Source of the DNA: Candidatus Aenigmatarchaeota archaeon | GTDB taxonomy: Archaea > Aenigmatarchaeota > Aenigmatarchaeia > CG10238-14 > SCSR01 | Direction of reading: 5' to 3' | Assembly: GCA_016198705.1 (NCBI GenBank) | Contig: JACQIA010000002.1 | Coordinates: 1,521 to 65,520, forward strand | DNA: 64,000 nucleotides | Shown here: positions 44,912 through 55,398 of the stretch, piece by piece | How the letters are laid out: each line of letters starts with the position of its first letter | Numbering within the stretch: the stretch's first letter is position 1 | Program-made: the position numbers and the translations under genes | The notes under the pieces: model-generated | The model's database searches: none | What the model was told of the DNA's origin: nothing | The model's input: only the letters and a program-made list of their open reading frames with translations

Positions 44912-45871
44912 CTATTCTAAAATTGAAGAATCGAAAGCTACTGCTAAAGCTCCATATAGGACAACATCTTCACCCAATTGAGTTATTGCTACTTTAGGAA
45001 TTCTGTTCAGTGAATGTTTTGATAAATTTTTTATAATTGGATTTAAAATAAAATTCTCGTTTTTTAGGGCAACACTTCCACCTATTGTAATTAAAGAAAC
45101 ATCATACGCAGCATTGATATTGGAAATTCCAATAGCATTTACTTCTCCAATCTTTTCTAAAATTTCTAGACTCAATTCATCTTTTAATTTCACAGCTTCA
45201 AAAAACTTTTCAGAAGTCAAATTTGCAATATTGCCATTGCACAATTTTAAAATTAAACTATTCTTCAAGCGAGTATCATTTTTACCCAGCAACCTAACAA
45301 AATTAGGAATAGTTCTTCCAGAGCAATATGCTTCCCAATGTCCATATCCACCGCAACCGCATTTTAATTTACTGTTCAAATCAATTGTTAGATGGCCTAC
45401 TTCTGTTGCATTCCCGTCTTTGCCCAGAATCAATTTCCCATTTAAAACCACACCACAGCCTATACCGGTGCTTATTGTTAGATAAGCTAAATTCTCCTCT
45501 TTCTTTCCCAAGCCAAAACTTTTCTCGCCAATCACCCCAGCATCGCAATCGTTCACAAGGTATGTAGGAACATCGAACACGCCTTTTAATTGCTTAACTA
45601 TAGGAATGTTTTTGAAAGGTATGTGAACAGGATTCGACAATTCTCCTTTCTTTAAATCCAGCAATCCTATCGAACCTATACCAATTGCTGAGAAATCACT
45701 TTTTAAAGAATTAATCATTCTTACAATTTGTTTAGTAACAGAATTTTTGTCTTCAACGTCCAATTTTTCAGAAAGTTTATCTTTAACATTGCCATTCTCA
45801 TCTCCTAAACATACTCTAACGTTGGTGCCTCCAATATCGACTCCAACTGCGTATTTTGTCATCTCCATCAA
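44912..45871 (-). CDS. ROK-family sugar kinase (glucokinase-like)
   Basis: VGVDIGGTNVRV N-terminus and ROK zinc motif CGCGGYGHWEAYCSG; 319 aa. Confidence 0.75.
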   Translation of the reverse strand: MMEMTKYAVGVDIGGTNVRVCLGDENGNVKDKLSEKLDVEDKNSVTKQIVRMINSLKSDFSAIGIGSIGLLDLKKGELSNPVHIPFKNIPIVKQLKGVFDVPTYLVNDCDAGVIGEKSFGLGKKEENLAYLTISTGIGCGVVLNGKLILGKDGNATEVGHLTIDLNSKLKCGCGGYGHWEAYCSGRTIPNFVRLLGKNDTRLKNSLILKLCNGNIANLTSEKFFEAVKLKDELSLEILEKIGEVNAIGISNINAAYDVSLITIGGSVALKNENFILNPIIKNLSKHSLNRIPKVAITQLGEDVVLYGALAVAFDSSILE

Positions 45872-45890
45872 AATTAAACACGCATCTTGT

Positions 45891-47540
45891 TTAATTTATC
45901 CTCAATACAGCTGTATTGCATGTGCTAGTTGTGCACATCTTTAAAGTATGAGTGCCTTTTGATAATTGATTGTATATCTTCATTGTTGCTATTTCGCCTG
46001 GGTTTATTTGGGAGCCTGTGTCGTAATTGGCTTTAATTTCTTGTGCTGTCAGCGCCCGATTGTAAATCCTCACTTCATCTAGTTGTCCATTAAATTTGTT
46101 GAAGCCCGCAGTAACCGACCCCATAGCAAGAGGAACCCCTACATCGGACTGACCAACTCCTGTTGGAGTGAGTACCTCATCGAGGGGGAGCACTACTCCG
46201 TTCTTATAGAGTATGGGATCATTACCAACCGAATCTTGGTTATAAACTACGGTATAGAATGCTGGCGTACCAACCTCAACCGGTTGATTAACTGTTATCC
46301 ATTGACCGGTTCCTGTAGTGAAGAGTTTGACAAGGGCTAGATCCCTAGCAGTACCCGCGAAAGCAGATGAAAAATAGATTCTCCATCCTACACCATCATC
46401 CTTTCCAAGGATATCCATGTTATTGGCTGGCGGTGCAGTAGCAGATGCCCAAAATTCTACTGTTCCTCCTCCAACGAAAATATTTTGGATACTAGAATGA
46501 TCCGTGACAGAAACTATATCATTCACTCCGTCAAAAGCTTTAGCAGCCCCGTATTTCCCCTTTACAATATTATGCCTATCATTAGCGTCATTATTAAAAT
46601 TATACCACGCTACACTTCTGCTAACAGGATATGTATAATTCATATCTTCTTGGATTTCTGATTGTGACAATGCTCTGTTGTAAATGCGCACTTCGTCGAT
46701 GGTGCCGTTAAAATAGCTGCCTGCGTTTCCACCGTCATCCCTTTTTCCTATGGTAGCTGTTGTGGCTATTGTATTGATGGCTACGCTGAAAGTTCCGCTC
46801 GCGGCTGAAACGCCATTCAGATAATAGTTCCAAGCGCTTCCCGAAAGGGTGAATGCGACGTGATTCCAACTGCCGTTAGTTGGAAGCTGTGAGCCAGAAA
46901 TAATTATGTTGTTTGCGCCATTTATTCCGTCAGTAAAGACATAAATATTTCCCCCCACAGTAGCGAATTGAAATATGAAGCTTTGAGCAGCGGCGGCAAC
47001 GTTATTGAGGGCGAACACTGTTCCACCGGGATTCAATTTGTTGGGCATAATCCACGCCTCGATAGTCCTGCTGGAAGCGCCTATCGGAAGGTCAGTTATG
47101 CTGCTTACGTTGACATAATCATCCACACCGTCAAACTGCAATGCATTCCCATACTGCCCGCTAGCAAATCCAGCCCCATTTATCGTCCCGTCATTAAAAG
47201 TCTCCCCATTGAATGTTCCTGTGTTTCCTTTACCAGAAGAATCTGTAGCAGTTATCCTATCCAATTCATCCATCTTCCAATACCCAACCGAAGAATTATC
47301 CTGCTTAGACATACGATAAACAGCATCACTCCCGTCTATCTTCACACTTCTAAAAGCAGTTATCGGCGCAGTCCCGTCATTGCTTATGGTAACAGTATCG
47401 CTGAACGCATCAACCACATAAAACACTTCAGCAGTCTTTGTAGTAAACACACCAGAAATATAAGTATAGCTGAATCCAAACAAGCCAATTGTGATTATCA
47501 GCACTAGTAAAGTAGCTATAATTGAGGAAATGCCTTTCAT
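45891..47540 (-). CDS. Pilin-signal surface protein with two LamG/ConA-like lectin domains (putative adhesin)
   Basis: N-terminus MKGISSIIATLLVLIITIGLFGFSY is a class III signal. The two LamG signatures are GNALQFDGVDDYVNV...IEAWI...NHVAFT...GTIDEVRIYNRALSQSEI and later GQLDEVRIYNRALTAQEI. Confidence 0.7.
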   Translation of the reverse strand: MKGISSIIATLLVLIITIGLFGFSYTYISGVFTTKTAEVFYVVDAFSDTVTISNDGTAPITAFRSVKIDGSDAVYRMSKQDNSSVGYWKMDELDRITATDSSGKGNTGTFNGETFNDGTINGAGFASGQYGNALQFDGVDDYVNVSSITDLPIGASSRTIEAWIMPNKLNPGGTVFALNNVAAAAQSFIFQFATVGGNIYVFTDGINGANNIIISGSQLPTNGSWNHVAFTLSGSAWNYYLNGVSAASGTFSVAINTIATTATIGKRDDGGNAGSYFNGTIDEVRIYNRALSQSEIQEDMNYTYPVSRSVAWYNFNNDANDRHNIVKGKYGAAKAFDGVNDIVSVTDHSSIQNIFVGGGTVEFWASATAPPANNMDILGKDDGVGWRIYFSSAFAGTARDLALVKLFTTGTGQWITVNQPVEVGTPAFYTVVYNQDSVGNDPILYKNGVVLPLDEVLTPTGVGQSDVGVPLAMGSVTAGFNKFNGQLDEVRIYNRALTAQEIKANYDTGSQINPGEIATMKIYNQLSKGTHTLKMCTTSTCNTAVLRIN

Positions 47541-47668
47541 AATCCATTATTGTTTTTTAAATTAAAATGGGGTTGCCGAGTTTAGTATGATTTGCAATAA
47601 GCGCAATTAATGTTGAAAATTGGAAATAGCATAAACCTTTTTACTTCCAAAACCAAATCTAATCTATA

Positions 47669-48436
47669 ATGTCACGAACAATAGGTATTCTCGCTGGAAA
47701 AGGTGGCGTCGGAAAGACTACTCTAACAGCCAACTTAGGATATGCTTTAACTGAACTAGGCAATAAAGTAACACTTGTCGATGCAAATCTTACAACACCG
47801 CATCTGGGGTTTCATCTAGGCATGCATTTAGTTCCAAAAACTTTGCATGACGTATTGCGCGGATATACTTCTGTAAGAAATGCAACTTATGTTCATCCTT
47901 TGGGGTTTAAAGTAATTCCAGGCAGCATTTCTGTCAAGGATTTGGTTAATGTAGACATAGCAAAACTTTCAAATGTGACATCCCATCTTTCAGACAAGTC
48001 AGATTTTATTTTACTGGATTGTGCACCATCTTTGGGCAGGGAAGCTATTACAGCGCTGCAAGCTACAGATGAAGTGCTTATAGTGACAAATCCAGACTTG
48101 CCATCGGTTGCAGACGCTTTGAAGACATTGAAATTTGCACAAAAAACTGGAAAAATATTTTCAGGTGCTGTTTTGAACAGAGTTAAATGGGGCTCTGGTG
48201 AATTGAAGAAATCAGAAGTAGAGGAAATTCTTGGCTCGCGTATCATAGCAGAAATACCAGAAGATAAAAATGTACCAAAATCTATCGCAGCTAAAACTCC
48301 TGTCTTAGACTTTTCCACAAATTCTCCAGCCTCAACTGAGATTAGAAGATTAGCGCATCATTTAGTTGGCAAAGAATACAATATAAGAACAAACTATGGT
48401 TTTCTTGACTGGCTAGTTGGGTGGATGACTAAATAG
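47669..48436 (+). CDS. minD: MinD/ParA-family ATPase
   Basis: AGKGGVGKTTLTANLG deviant Walker A; 255 aa. Confidence 0.7.
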   Translation: MSRTIGILAGKGGVGKTTLTANLGYALTELGNKVTLVDANLTTPHLGFHLGMHLVPKTLHDVLRGYTSVRNATYVHPLGFKVIPGSISVKDLVNVDIAKLSNVTSHLSDKSDFILLDCAPSLGREAITALQATDEVLIVTNPDLPSVADALKTLKFAQKTGKIFSGAVLNRVKWGSGELKKSEVEEILGSRIIAEIPEDKNVPKSIAAKTPVLDFSTNSPASTEIRRLAHHLVGKEYNIRTNYGFLDWLVGWMTK

Positions 48437-50081
48437 AGTCTAAATTCACTTCAAAAGCAGCAACTGGTATTTCTAAATTCCAATTTTCCAATACAACAGG
48501 ATTTATTTCTCCAATAACACCTATTTGCTTTCCTTCAACCAAAACACTAGCAACTCTGCCATTGAGGAATGAGTTATGTTCAACAGCTTTCAATTTATAC
48601 TTAACGCCGGCATTCGAGAGAAACGCATCCAACATAGAAGAAATTTCTTGATAGCCGGCATTGCTGTCAGCGATTGCACATGCCAACTTTCTAACATCCC
48701 TAGTTTTAGTTTCTTTACTCTCATCAATAAGTACAGCATCGCCAATTTCAAAAATCTTCTGCGGATATTCCACGTGTTTGTTTGCCGAAAGGAATTCTAA
48801 TAAACTTGGCAATAGCCAATTTCTAAAAACATTCCAATTGTCCGACACAGCATTTTCTATACCCACAATTCTTTCTTCCTTTAAATTCATTTTATCAAAA
48901 AGATTTTTGCTATTTGTCAAAGTATAGGATAAGACTTCTTGCAGCCCCAATCCAACCATTATTTCCGCAATCTTGCCCGATAATTTTTCTATTTCACTTT
49001 CACTCCCAACTGTAGGAAGTTTAGGAGTTACAGGCTCAATTTTGTTATACCCAAAAGAAATTATCACATCCTCAACAACATCCCTTTGATGCATTATATC
49101 TTGTCTATAAGCTGGGTACACAACTTCTATTTTACTTCCTTTTATTTTTGCATCATACCTGGCTTGCCCCAGCAAATTAGTTATTTGTTTCTCATTCAAA
49201 TGCAACCCAGAAATTTTATTCAAATATTCTATATCTACAGATGATTTTCTGGGTGTTAAATCTGGTGGTACGATTGTTTTATCCGGATAAGCAACTTTGA
49301 CTGTCTCTATTCTTGCCCCTCTATCAGCTAAAGCGCAAGCCATTACATTCAAAGCCGGGAGCAAAAACTTCAGGTTAAAACCAGAACATTCCAAAAATAT
49401 ATTTTTAGTTTTCTCAGTAATTTGGCCTGAATTATTGGAATTAATTATTGGCGGTATTGAAAGAACTTCACCTTTTGCATCTATGAAAATCGGATACTCT
49501 TTATATCCAGCTAACAAATGTCCAAATTCTTTACCTTTTGGATGTTTTTCTAAAATTTCCTTAGGTGTTAATTCTTCTCGGAATTCTAGCGGTACAAATT
49601 TTATGCCGTCAGGCTTTACCGTAGTGAAATTTATGGGGGATTTTATTTTATCTAAATCGTAATATCCTGATGAAAACTCCCTCCTATTTCTGCCGAACGT
49701 TTGGTCGACTTTTACTTGTAATTGGATTAGTTGCGACAACGCTTCCTTATTTAATTTTAAATTTCTAGCGACCACACAAACTGTGTATGGCCTAACACTT
49801 TTCATCTTCTTATCCACTTTGATAACGACATTAGAATTTCCAACAGAATATTTAGGACAGCCAACATTTTTCGTGTATCTGCCTTGAATTTCTCTTGCTA
49901 TTCCTTCAGCAGACCACAAATCTGGCCGGTTGGTGTCTTTTACATCAATTTTCAATAGATCTCCATCTACTGCATCGATCTCTCCCTTCGCAAATAATAT
50001 AGCATCTTTCAGTTCCTCTACAGAAAGCTTTCTTCCTACCAAATTACACAAATCTTTGTAAGAAACTTCTATTTTCGGCAT
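48429..50081 (-). CDS. pheT: Phenylalanyl-tRNA synthetase beta subunit (archaeal type)
   Basis: 550 aa; N-terminus MPKIEVSYKDLCNLVGRKLS, B3/4 and B5 domain architecture; adjacent to pheS. Confidence 0.8.
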   Translation of the reverse strand: MPKIEVSYKDLCNLVGRKLSVEELKDAILFAKGEIDAVDGDLLKIDVKDTNRPDLWSAEGIAREIQGRYTKNVGCPKYSVGNSNVVIKVDKKMKSVRPYTVCVVARNLKLNKEALSQLIQLQVKVDQTFGRNRREFSSGYYDLDKIKSPINFTTVKPDGIKFVPLEFREELTPKEILEKHPKGKEFGHLLAGYKEYPIFIDAKGEVLSIPPIINSNNSGQITEKTKNIFLECSGFNLKFLLPALNVMACALADRGARIETVKVAYPDKTIVPPDLTPRKSSVDIEYLNKISGLHLNEKQITNLLGQARYDAKIKGSKIEVVYPAYRQDIMHQRDVVEDVIISFGYNKIEPVTPKLPTVGSESEIEKLSGKIAEIMVGLGLQEVLSYTLTNSKNLFDKMNLKEERIVGIENAVSDNWNVFRNWLLPSLLEFLSANKHVEYPQKIFEIGDAVLIDESKETKTRDVRKLACAIADSNAGYQEISSMLDAFLSNAGVKYKLKAVEHNSFLNGRVASVLVEGKQIGVIGEINPVVLENWNLEIPVAAFEVNLDSI

Positions 50082-51338
50082 TCACATCACTTTTTGATTT
50101 CTTAACCACTCTAAATTTTGGCTAAATAAATGGCGTATATCCTGCAAATTTAGTTTGAACATCGCTAACCTGTCAATACCAATACCCCATGCTAAAACTG
50201 GCACATCTACACCTAGAGGATTAGTTAATTCTTCCCTAAAGATTCCAGAACCACCAAATTCAATCCACCCTAGATTAGGATGCAATGCTGACAGTTGGCA
50301 TGAAATTTCCGTGAATGGATAGTAATCTGGTAAAAATTTTACTTTTTCAGCTCCAGCAATTTCAATCGCAAACATCTTTAAAATCCCGAGCAAATGTTTG
50401 AAATTCAAGCTCTCATCAAGCACTATACCTTCAGTTTGATTAAATTCAACTCCGTGCGTAGCATCTATGATATCCGGTCTAAAACACCTAACCATTGCAA
50501 AATACTTCCCTGGAATTTTCGGTTTGTCTGCTAACGTCCTCGCTGATAGTGCAGTACCATGTGCCCTAGGCATTAATTGCATAGCTTTTCTAGGATCCCA
50601 TCTATATCCCCAACCACTGCTGCCAGCTATGCCCTTTTCATGTGCTTTCTTGACATTCTCAGCGATTTTTTTATTTATACTTCCAAACTTTGGATATTTT
50701 AATTGATATGTCTGCGTCCAATCTCTTGCAGGATGGTTTTGCGGCTGATAAAGACTATCAAAATTCCAAAACTCAGTTTCAATCAGCGGACCAGCCATTT
50801 CTTCAAAGCCCAATTCAACCAACTTCTGTCTTACTTGCTTTAAAAATTGATTGTAAGGTTGTCTTTTGCCTGTATAGATTTTCTTTCCCGTGATTTCTAC
50901 ATTATAGGACTTGAATTTAACTTGTTTCCAAATTCCAGTTTTCAATAATTCAGATGTAAGGTTTGTTATCTCTTTGCCAATCAGTTTGTCCACATCGCCA
51001 ATTACAGCCTTCTCAACTAATTTTCTTTGGAGCAATGTTTCCAACAATTTGTCGTCTACACTTTCATTTTTAGCTATTCTTTCTAGAGCTTTTTGTTCAT
51101 GTATATCTACAGGCATCTTAACAAGAAAAATTTCATCATGATCTCTATCAATCCAGCCTTTATCCATCGCCCACTTTAAACCAATAGAAAAATTCTTTAC
51201 ATGTGCAATTGCTTTCTCTATCTTGATGGATTTCTTGGGGTTGTTATTCAGAAATTCTACTAGAGTTTTTTCTGGCAGACCTTTTTCTAAATAGTCTTTA
51301 CCTTCTTGTGTCAACCTGTAGTAGATTTCTTTAGACAT
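50082..51338 (-). CDS. pheS: Phenylalanyl-tRNA synthetase alpha subunit
   Basis: Class II motifs; C-terminus GIGIDRLAMFKLNLQDIR; 418 aa. Confidence 0.8.
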   Translation of the reverse strand: MSKEIYYRLTQEGKDYLEKGLPEKTLVEFLNNNPKKSIKIEKAIAHVKNFSIGLKWAMDKGWIDRDHDEIFLVKMPVDIHEQKALERIAKNESVDDKLLETLLQRKLVEKAVIGDVDKLIGKEITNLTSELLKTGIWKQVKFKSYNVEITGKKIYTGKRQPYNQFLKQVRQKLVELGFEEMAGPLIETEFWNFDSLYQPQNHPARDWTQTYQLKYPKFGSINKKIAENVKKAHEKGIAGSSGWGYRWDPRKAMQLMPRAHGTALSARTLADKPKIPGKYFAMVRCFRPDIIDATHGVEFNQTEGIVLDESLNFKHLLGILKMFAIEIAGAEKVKFLPDYYPFTEISCQLSALHPNLGWIEFGGSGIFREELTNPLGVDVPVLAWGIGIDRLAMFKLNLQDIRHLFSQNLEWLRNQKVM

Positions 51339-51339
51339 A

Positions 51340-52458
51340 TTAATCTCTCAACATGAACTTCTCTATATGATCTTTAGCCTTATCTTTTTTCTTTCGGTGT
51401 TCCTTCAAAAATTTGTTTATTACTTCAATCGTTAATTCCTTTAGTTCGCCAGTCAACATTTTTCCCGATTTGTAATCCTCATAAATTTGTTTTAGTTTTT
51501 TGTCATCTTCAAGATAGTATGTTAAATATTGATATGATACATCAACATCCGGCATACCACCCTTTTTCCTATGATCTTCTACAGTATCCCTGCCTCCCGA
51601 GAATGCATATCTTAAAATTTTATTTTTAACTTGCTCAGGCTTGTCATTAGTGAAAATTGCTGTATTTTCTATCGATGTAGACATTTTCCCTCCTTCTGCT
51701 AAGCTTGGCAAAAACCTGCAAAGTATTGTTGCTGGTTTAGAATATCCAATCTTTGGTGCTATATCTCTTGTCAATCGGAAATGAACATCTTGATCTATGG
51801 CGCATGGAATTAAGCATTGTGTAGTTTTACCTTCGATTACAGTTGGCAAGAATGCTGGTACTGACTGCATGGTTGTGTAAAATAATTCGCCCAGATTGTT
51901 GGAATCTGTAAATCCAAATAATGCTTTAGCAGTAGACAATGTAGTTTTCTTTGCTGCTAAGCACGCATATTTGTACATATGGCCTGCGTATTCTGTATCT
52001 AAAAATATTTTTGTTTTCTTTGGATCAAAACCTACTGCAACAATATCGAGTATGTTCTCATAAGCCCATTTTTTCGTATCCTCTAAAGTCAAGCCTTCCT
52101 TGAAGAAAAACTTTTCTTCGTCTGGTATTTGGAATAGCAAAGGGACGTCTAAATTCTCCTGCAGCCATTTGCAGAATATCCATGGAATTAGATGACCTAA
52201 GTGAACCGGTCCAGAAGGTGCTCTGCCTGTGTAAAGATAGAATTTCTTTTTCTTTTCCACATCATCTAAAATAGAATCAAAATACATGTGTGCAAAGAAT
52301 ATCTTCCTCTTGAGAAAATAATGCAGTTTACCAGCAAGTTTTTCCAATCTCTTCAAAATAACCTCGTCAAGAGGTTTGACACCGAACTGTTTTATCAACC
52401 TATCATAATCTATGTCACCCTTTACTTCCCATGGTGTCACTACAAATTCTTTTGCCAT
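51340..52458 (-). CDS. trpS: Tryptophanyl-tRNA synthetase (archaeal/eukaryotic type)
   Basis: HLGHLIPW (HIGH-like), GGKMSTSIENTAIF (KMSxS); 372 aa. TyrRS is less likely on size and the KMSTS form. Confidence 0.65.
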   Translation of the reverse strand: MAKEFVVTPWEVKGDIDYDRLIKQFGVKPLDEVILKRLEKLAGKLHYFLKRKIFFAHMYFDSILDDVEKKKKFYLYTGRAPSGPVHLGHLIPWIFCKWLQENLDVPLLFQIPDEEKFFFKEGLTLEDTKKWAYENILDIVAVGFDPKKTKIFLDTEYAGHMYKYACLAAKKTTLSTAKALFGFTDSNNLGELFYTTMQSVPAFLPTVIEGKTTQCLIPCAIDQDVHFRLTRDIAPKIGYSKPATILCRFLPSLAEGGKMSTSIENTAIFTNDKPEQVKNKILRYAFSGGRDTVEDHRKKGGMPDVDVSYQYLTYYLEDDKKLKQIYEDYKSGKMLTGELKELTIEVINKFLKEHRKKKDKAKDHIEKFMLRD

Positions 52459-52601
52459 ACGTATCCAATTAAAATTAAATTTTATAATGCAAATCCTTAT
52501 AGTTTATATGTTCCCAACATTCCCAAGATTAAGTTGCTTTTGGACAAAAATTCTGGCCATTGACAAACCTTAAATAACTATTACACCCAAATACAGAAAA
52601 T

Positions 52602-53192
52602 ATGGCAGCTTTTAAATTTGTAATTTCCGAACCTTCTACTAAAAAATCATTCCAGAAGGAAGTAGACCAGGCCAAAGCTATTTCTTTGGTCAACAAAAAA
52701 ATCGGTGACGAATTCCCAGGCGATATCCTCGATTTACACGGTTATAGTTTACAGATTACTGGCGGGACTGATAAAGATGGATTTCCAATGCACCCGTCAG
52801 TCAAAGGCTCTGTCAAGAAAAGGGTTTTGCTTAATAGCCCCCCTGGGTTTCATCCAAAAATAAAGGGGCAGAGAAAAAGAAAGACCGTGCGAGGCGATTC
52901 TGTATCCACAGACATAACACAGATAAATGTCAAAGTGACCAAAAAAGGAGAAAAATCTTTGGAAGAGTTAGTGCCGATGAAACTTAAAGAGAAGAAGGAT
53001 GAGACAAAGCAGGAGAAACTTGCAGAGAAAAAAGAAGAAAAGCATGCTGAAGCTAAAAAAGAGCCTGAGGCAAAGCCTGCAACCAAGAGTGAAGCCAAAG
53101 AAGAAAAACCTGCCGAACAGAAAGAAGCGAAAGAAGTTGCAGAAAAACCAAAAGAGCAGAAAATTGAACAGCCGAAAGAGGCTAAAGCTTAA
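52602..53192 (+). CDS. rps6e: Ribosomal protein S6e with Lys/Glu-rich C-terminal extension
   Basis: MAAFKFVISEPSTKKSFQKEV compares with the S6e N-terminus; the low-complexity tail is KEEKHAEAKKEPEAKPATKSEAKEEKP. Confidence 0.8.
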   Translation: MAAFKFVISEPSTKKSFQKEVDQAKAISLVNKKIGDEFPGDILDLHGYSLQITGGTDKDGFPMHPSVKGSVKKRVLLNSPPGFHPKIKGQRKRKTVRGDSVSTDITQINVKVTKKGEKSLEELVPMKLKEKKDETKQEKLAEKKEEKHAEAKKEPEAKPATKSEAKEEKPAEQKEAKEVAEKPKEQKIEQPKEAKA

Positions 53193-53227
53193 ACTCTTTC
53201 TTTACTATTCTAAATTTTAACATTGGG

Positions 53228-54436
53228 GTGGACAAATTAAAAGAAATCAATCCAAAAATGGTACCAGAATGTAACATAGGTACTTTGGGACATGTAAGCC
53301 ATGGTAAAACAAGCTTAGTTGCGGCACTTACTGGTAAAATAACATTAACCCATTCAGAAGAATTGAAGCGTGGAATAACCATTCGCCTAGGTTATGCTGA
53401 TGCAACCATCTACCGATGTATAAAATGCAATAGGTATTCTACTACTAACAAATGCCCTTATTGTTTTTCTGATTCTGAAATAATTAGGACGATAAGTTTC
53501 GTAGATGCACCAGGGCATGAGACATTGATGGCAACAGTGCTGACAGGAGCAAGTTTGATGGATGGTGTATTATTCGTAATTGCAGCCAACGAAAAATGTC
53601 CCCAACTGCAGACAAAAGAGCATTTAGCTGTTTTAGAAATAGCAGAAATCAAAAATGCTATAATTATACAAAATAAGATTGATACGGTTTCAGAAGAAAG
53701 GGCTTTGAAAAGCTACGAAGAAATAAAAGATTTTGTAAGAGGAAGTATATTGGAAGAAGCGCCAATTATTCCTGTATCCGCCCAATACAAAACAAACATA
53801 GATGTGGTTTTGGAAGCAATGGAAAAATTTATTCCCACTCCCAATAGAGGAGAATCAAACGAGCCTAAAATGCTTGTTGCTAGAAGTTTTGACATAAACA
53901 AGCCAGGGGCAAAACCTGAAAAATTGGTCGGTGGAATACTTGGAGGGGCAATATTATCTAGTAAGTTTTCTGTAGGCGAAAAAGTAGAAATAAGACCGGG
54001 TGTGAAGATCGGGAATAAGTATCAACCGTTATTTGCAAAGATAGTTGGTTTGAAGAAGGCTGGAATAAATCTTGATGTTGCTGGCGCAGGTGGTCTTTTG
54101 GGCTTGATGACGACATTAGACCCGTCTTTAACAAAATCTGATTCTTTAGTTGGCAATGTCGTGGGTTTGCCAAATAAGATGCCAGAATCAAAAGAAACCA
54201 TCTCGCTTAAAATAACCTTTCTAAATAGGGCTGATGCGTCGAATGTTAAGGTAAATGAAATAATTTTAATTAATGTGGGGACTGCAAGGTCGGTTGGAAC
54301 TGTATCCAGTGTTAAGAAAGAAACTATAGAAATGAAGTTGAAAATACCGGTTTGCGTGGAAGAAAAAGAAAAGGTAGCAATATCCAGGCAGATAGATGGA
54401 AGATGGAGACTAGTAGGTTATGCTATTACAGCTTAA
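53228..54436 (+). CDS. eif2g: Translation initiation factor aIF-2 gamma
   Basis: GHVSHGKTSLVAALTG G1 motif and a Zn-knuckle (CIKCNRYSTTNKCPYC); 402 aa. Confidence 0.85.
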   Translation: MDKLKEINPKMVPECNIGTLGHVSHGKTSLVAALTGKITLTHSEELKRGITIRLGYADATIYRCIKCNRYSTTNKCPYCFSDSEIIRTISFVDAPGHETLMATVLTGASLMDGVLFVIAANEKCPQLQTKEHLAVLEIAEIKNAIIIQNKIDTVSEERALKSYEEIKDFVRGSILEEAPIIPVSAQYKTNIDVVLEAMEKFIPTPNRGESNEPKMLVARSFDINKPGAKPEKLVGGILGGAILSSKFSVGEKVEIRPGVKIGNKYQPLFAKIVGLKKAGINLDVAGAGGLLGLMTTLDPSLTKSDSLVGNVVGLPNKMPESKETISLKITFLNRADASNVKVNEIILINVGTARSVGTVSSVKKETIEMKLKIPVCVEEKEKVAISRQIDGRWRLVGYAITA

Positions 54437-54891
54437 GCAGCAACACCAGCAGTAGAACAAAATGCACTTCCAGTCACTGGTGAAGCCCCAGTTGCAGATG
54501 CTCTTAATCTATAGGTTCCAATTGTAGCAGCGTTTGGTCTATCTAAACCAACTGTAGTATCGGTATCAGCATCGTCAGGACAAGCTCCTGAAGTCCCAGG
54601 AGCTATGCTAGTTATGGAACAACTTCCTGCAGCAACACCAGCAGAATCTGTGGCACTTACTGTGACAGTACCACTTGGAGATGTACCTTCATTCCTAACA
54701 GTAATATCTATATCATCTCCAGCACACGTTGCATCAAGAATATCTAAAACCACACCAGTTCTCGAACTTACAACACCGCTAAGATAAGTATAAGCAAAAC
54801 CAGCCAAAGCTATAGTTATCACAAGCATCAAAAGAGTCGCTATTACGGTTGATATACCTTTTTTCATATTATCACTTTTTAAGTACTGCAA
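54433..54891 (-). CDS. Secreted pilin-like protein (archaeal class III signal, Gly/Ala/Thr/Ser-rich)
   Basis: KKGISTVIATLLMLVITIALAGFAYTY; the mature part is GATS-rich with Cys pairs. Confidence 0.6.
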   Translation of the reverse strand: MQYLKSDNMKKGISTVIATLLMLVITIALAGFAYTYLSGVVSSRTGVVLDILDATCAGDDIDITVRNEGTSPSGTVTVSATDSAGVAAGSCSITSIAPGTSGACPDDADTDTTVGLDRPNAATIGTYRLRASATGASPVTGSAFCSTAGVAA

Positions 54892-54894
54892 TCT

Positions 54895-55299
54895 TTATAC
54901 GCCTGCAGTCGAGCAAAATACTGTTCCACTAGCTGGCGCTGCTCCAGCTGCACTTACGCTTAATGAGTTAGTTCCTGTCCCTCCAATGGCTCGATTGGCC
55001 GTGCATTCACCAGAAAGTCCGGGATTTACAGATGCAATTGTACAAGAACCGGCAGCAGTAGTTCCATCAGGCTGTGTAGCCGATACAGTTATATCTCCAC
55101 TAGGTGCAGTTCCTTCATTCCTGACACCAACAGTTATTGAATCACCAACACAGCTTGATTTAATAAGACCCAAAACTACACCAGTTCTGGCAGTTGTAGT
55201 TCCTGTAATGTATGTATAAGCAAAACCTACCAATGCTATAGTTATCACAAGCATCAAAAGAGTCGCTATTACTGTAGAAACACCCTTTTTCATAAGCAT
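54895..55299 (-). CDS. Secreted pilin-like protein, tandem paralogue of the previous gene
   Basis: MKKGVSTVIATLLMLVITIALVGFAYTY; the signal peptide is near-identical to the neighbouring gene's. Confidence 0.6.
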   Translation of the reverse strand: MLMKKGVSTVIATLLMLVITIALVGFAYTYITGTTTARTGVVLGLIKSSCVGDSITVGVRNEGTAPSGDITVSATQPDGTTAAGSCTIASVNPGLSGECTANRAIGGTGTNSLSVSAAGAAPASGTVFCSTAGV

Positions 55300-55398
55300 C
55301 TTTAAAAATATTATATGTTCCCCTTTATAAATGTTTATCTATTCGCTTTATAAGTGCTCCAGTCACATTCAATTAAACATAGCAATAAATAATAACTT

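Noticed and set aside
52999-53220. Lys/Arg-rich 73-aa ORF overlapping the S6e tail
   Set aside because: It is an alternative frame of the Lys/Glu-rich low-complexity extension of S6e, and the S6e frame is the conserved one.
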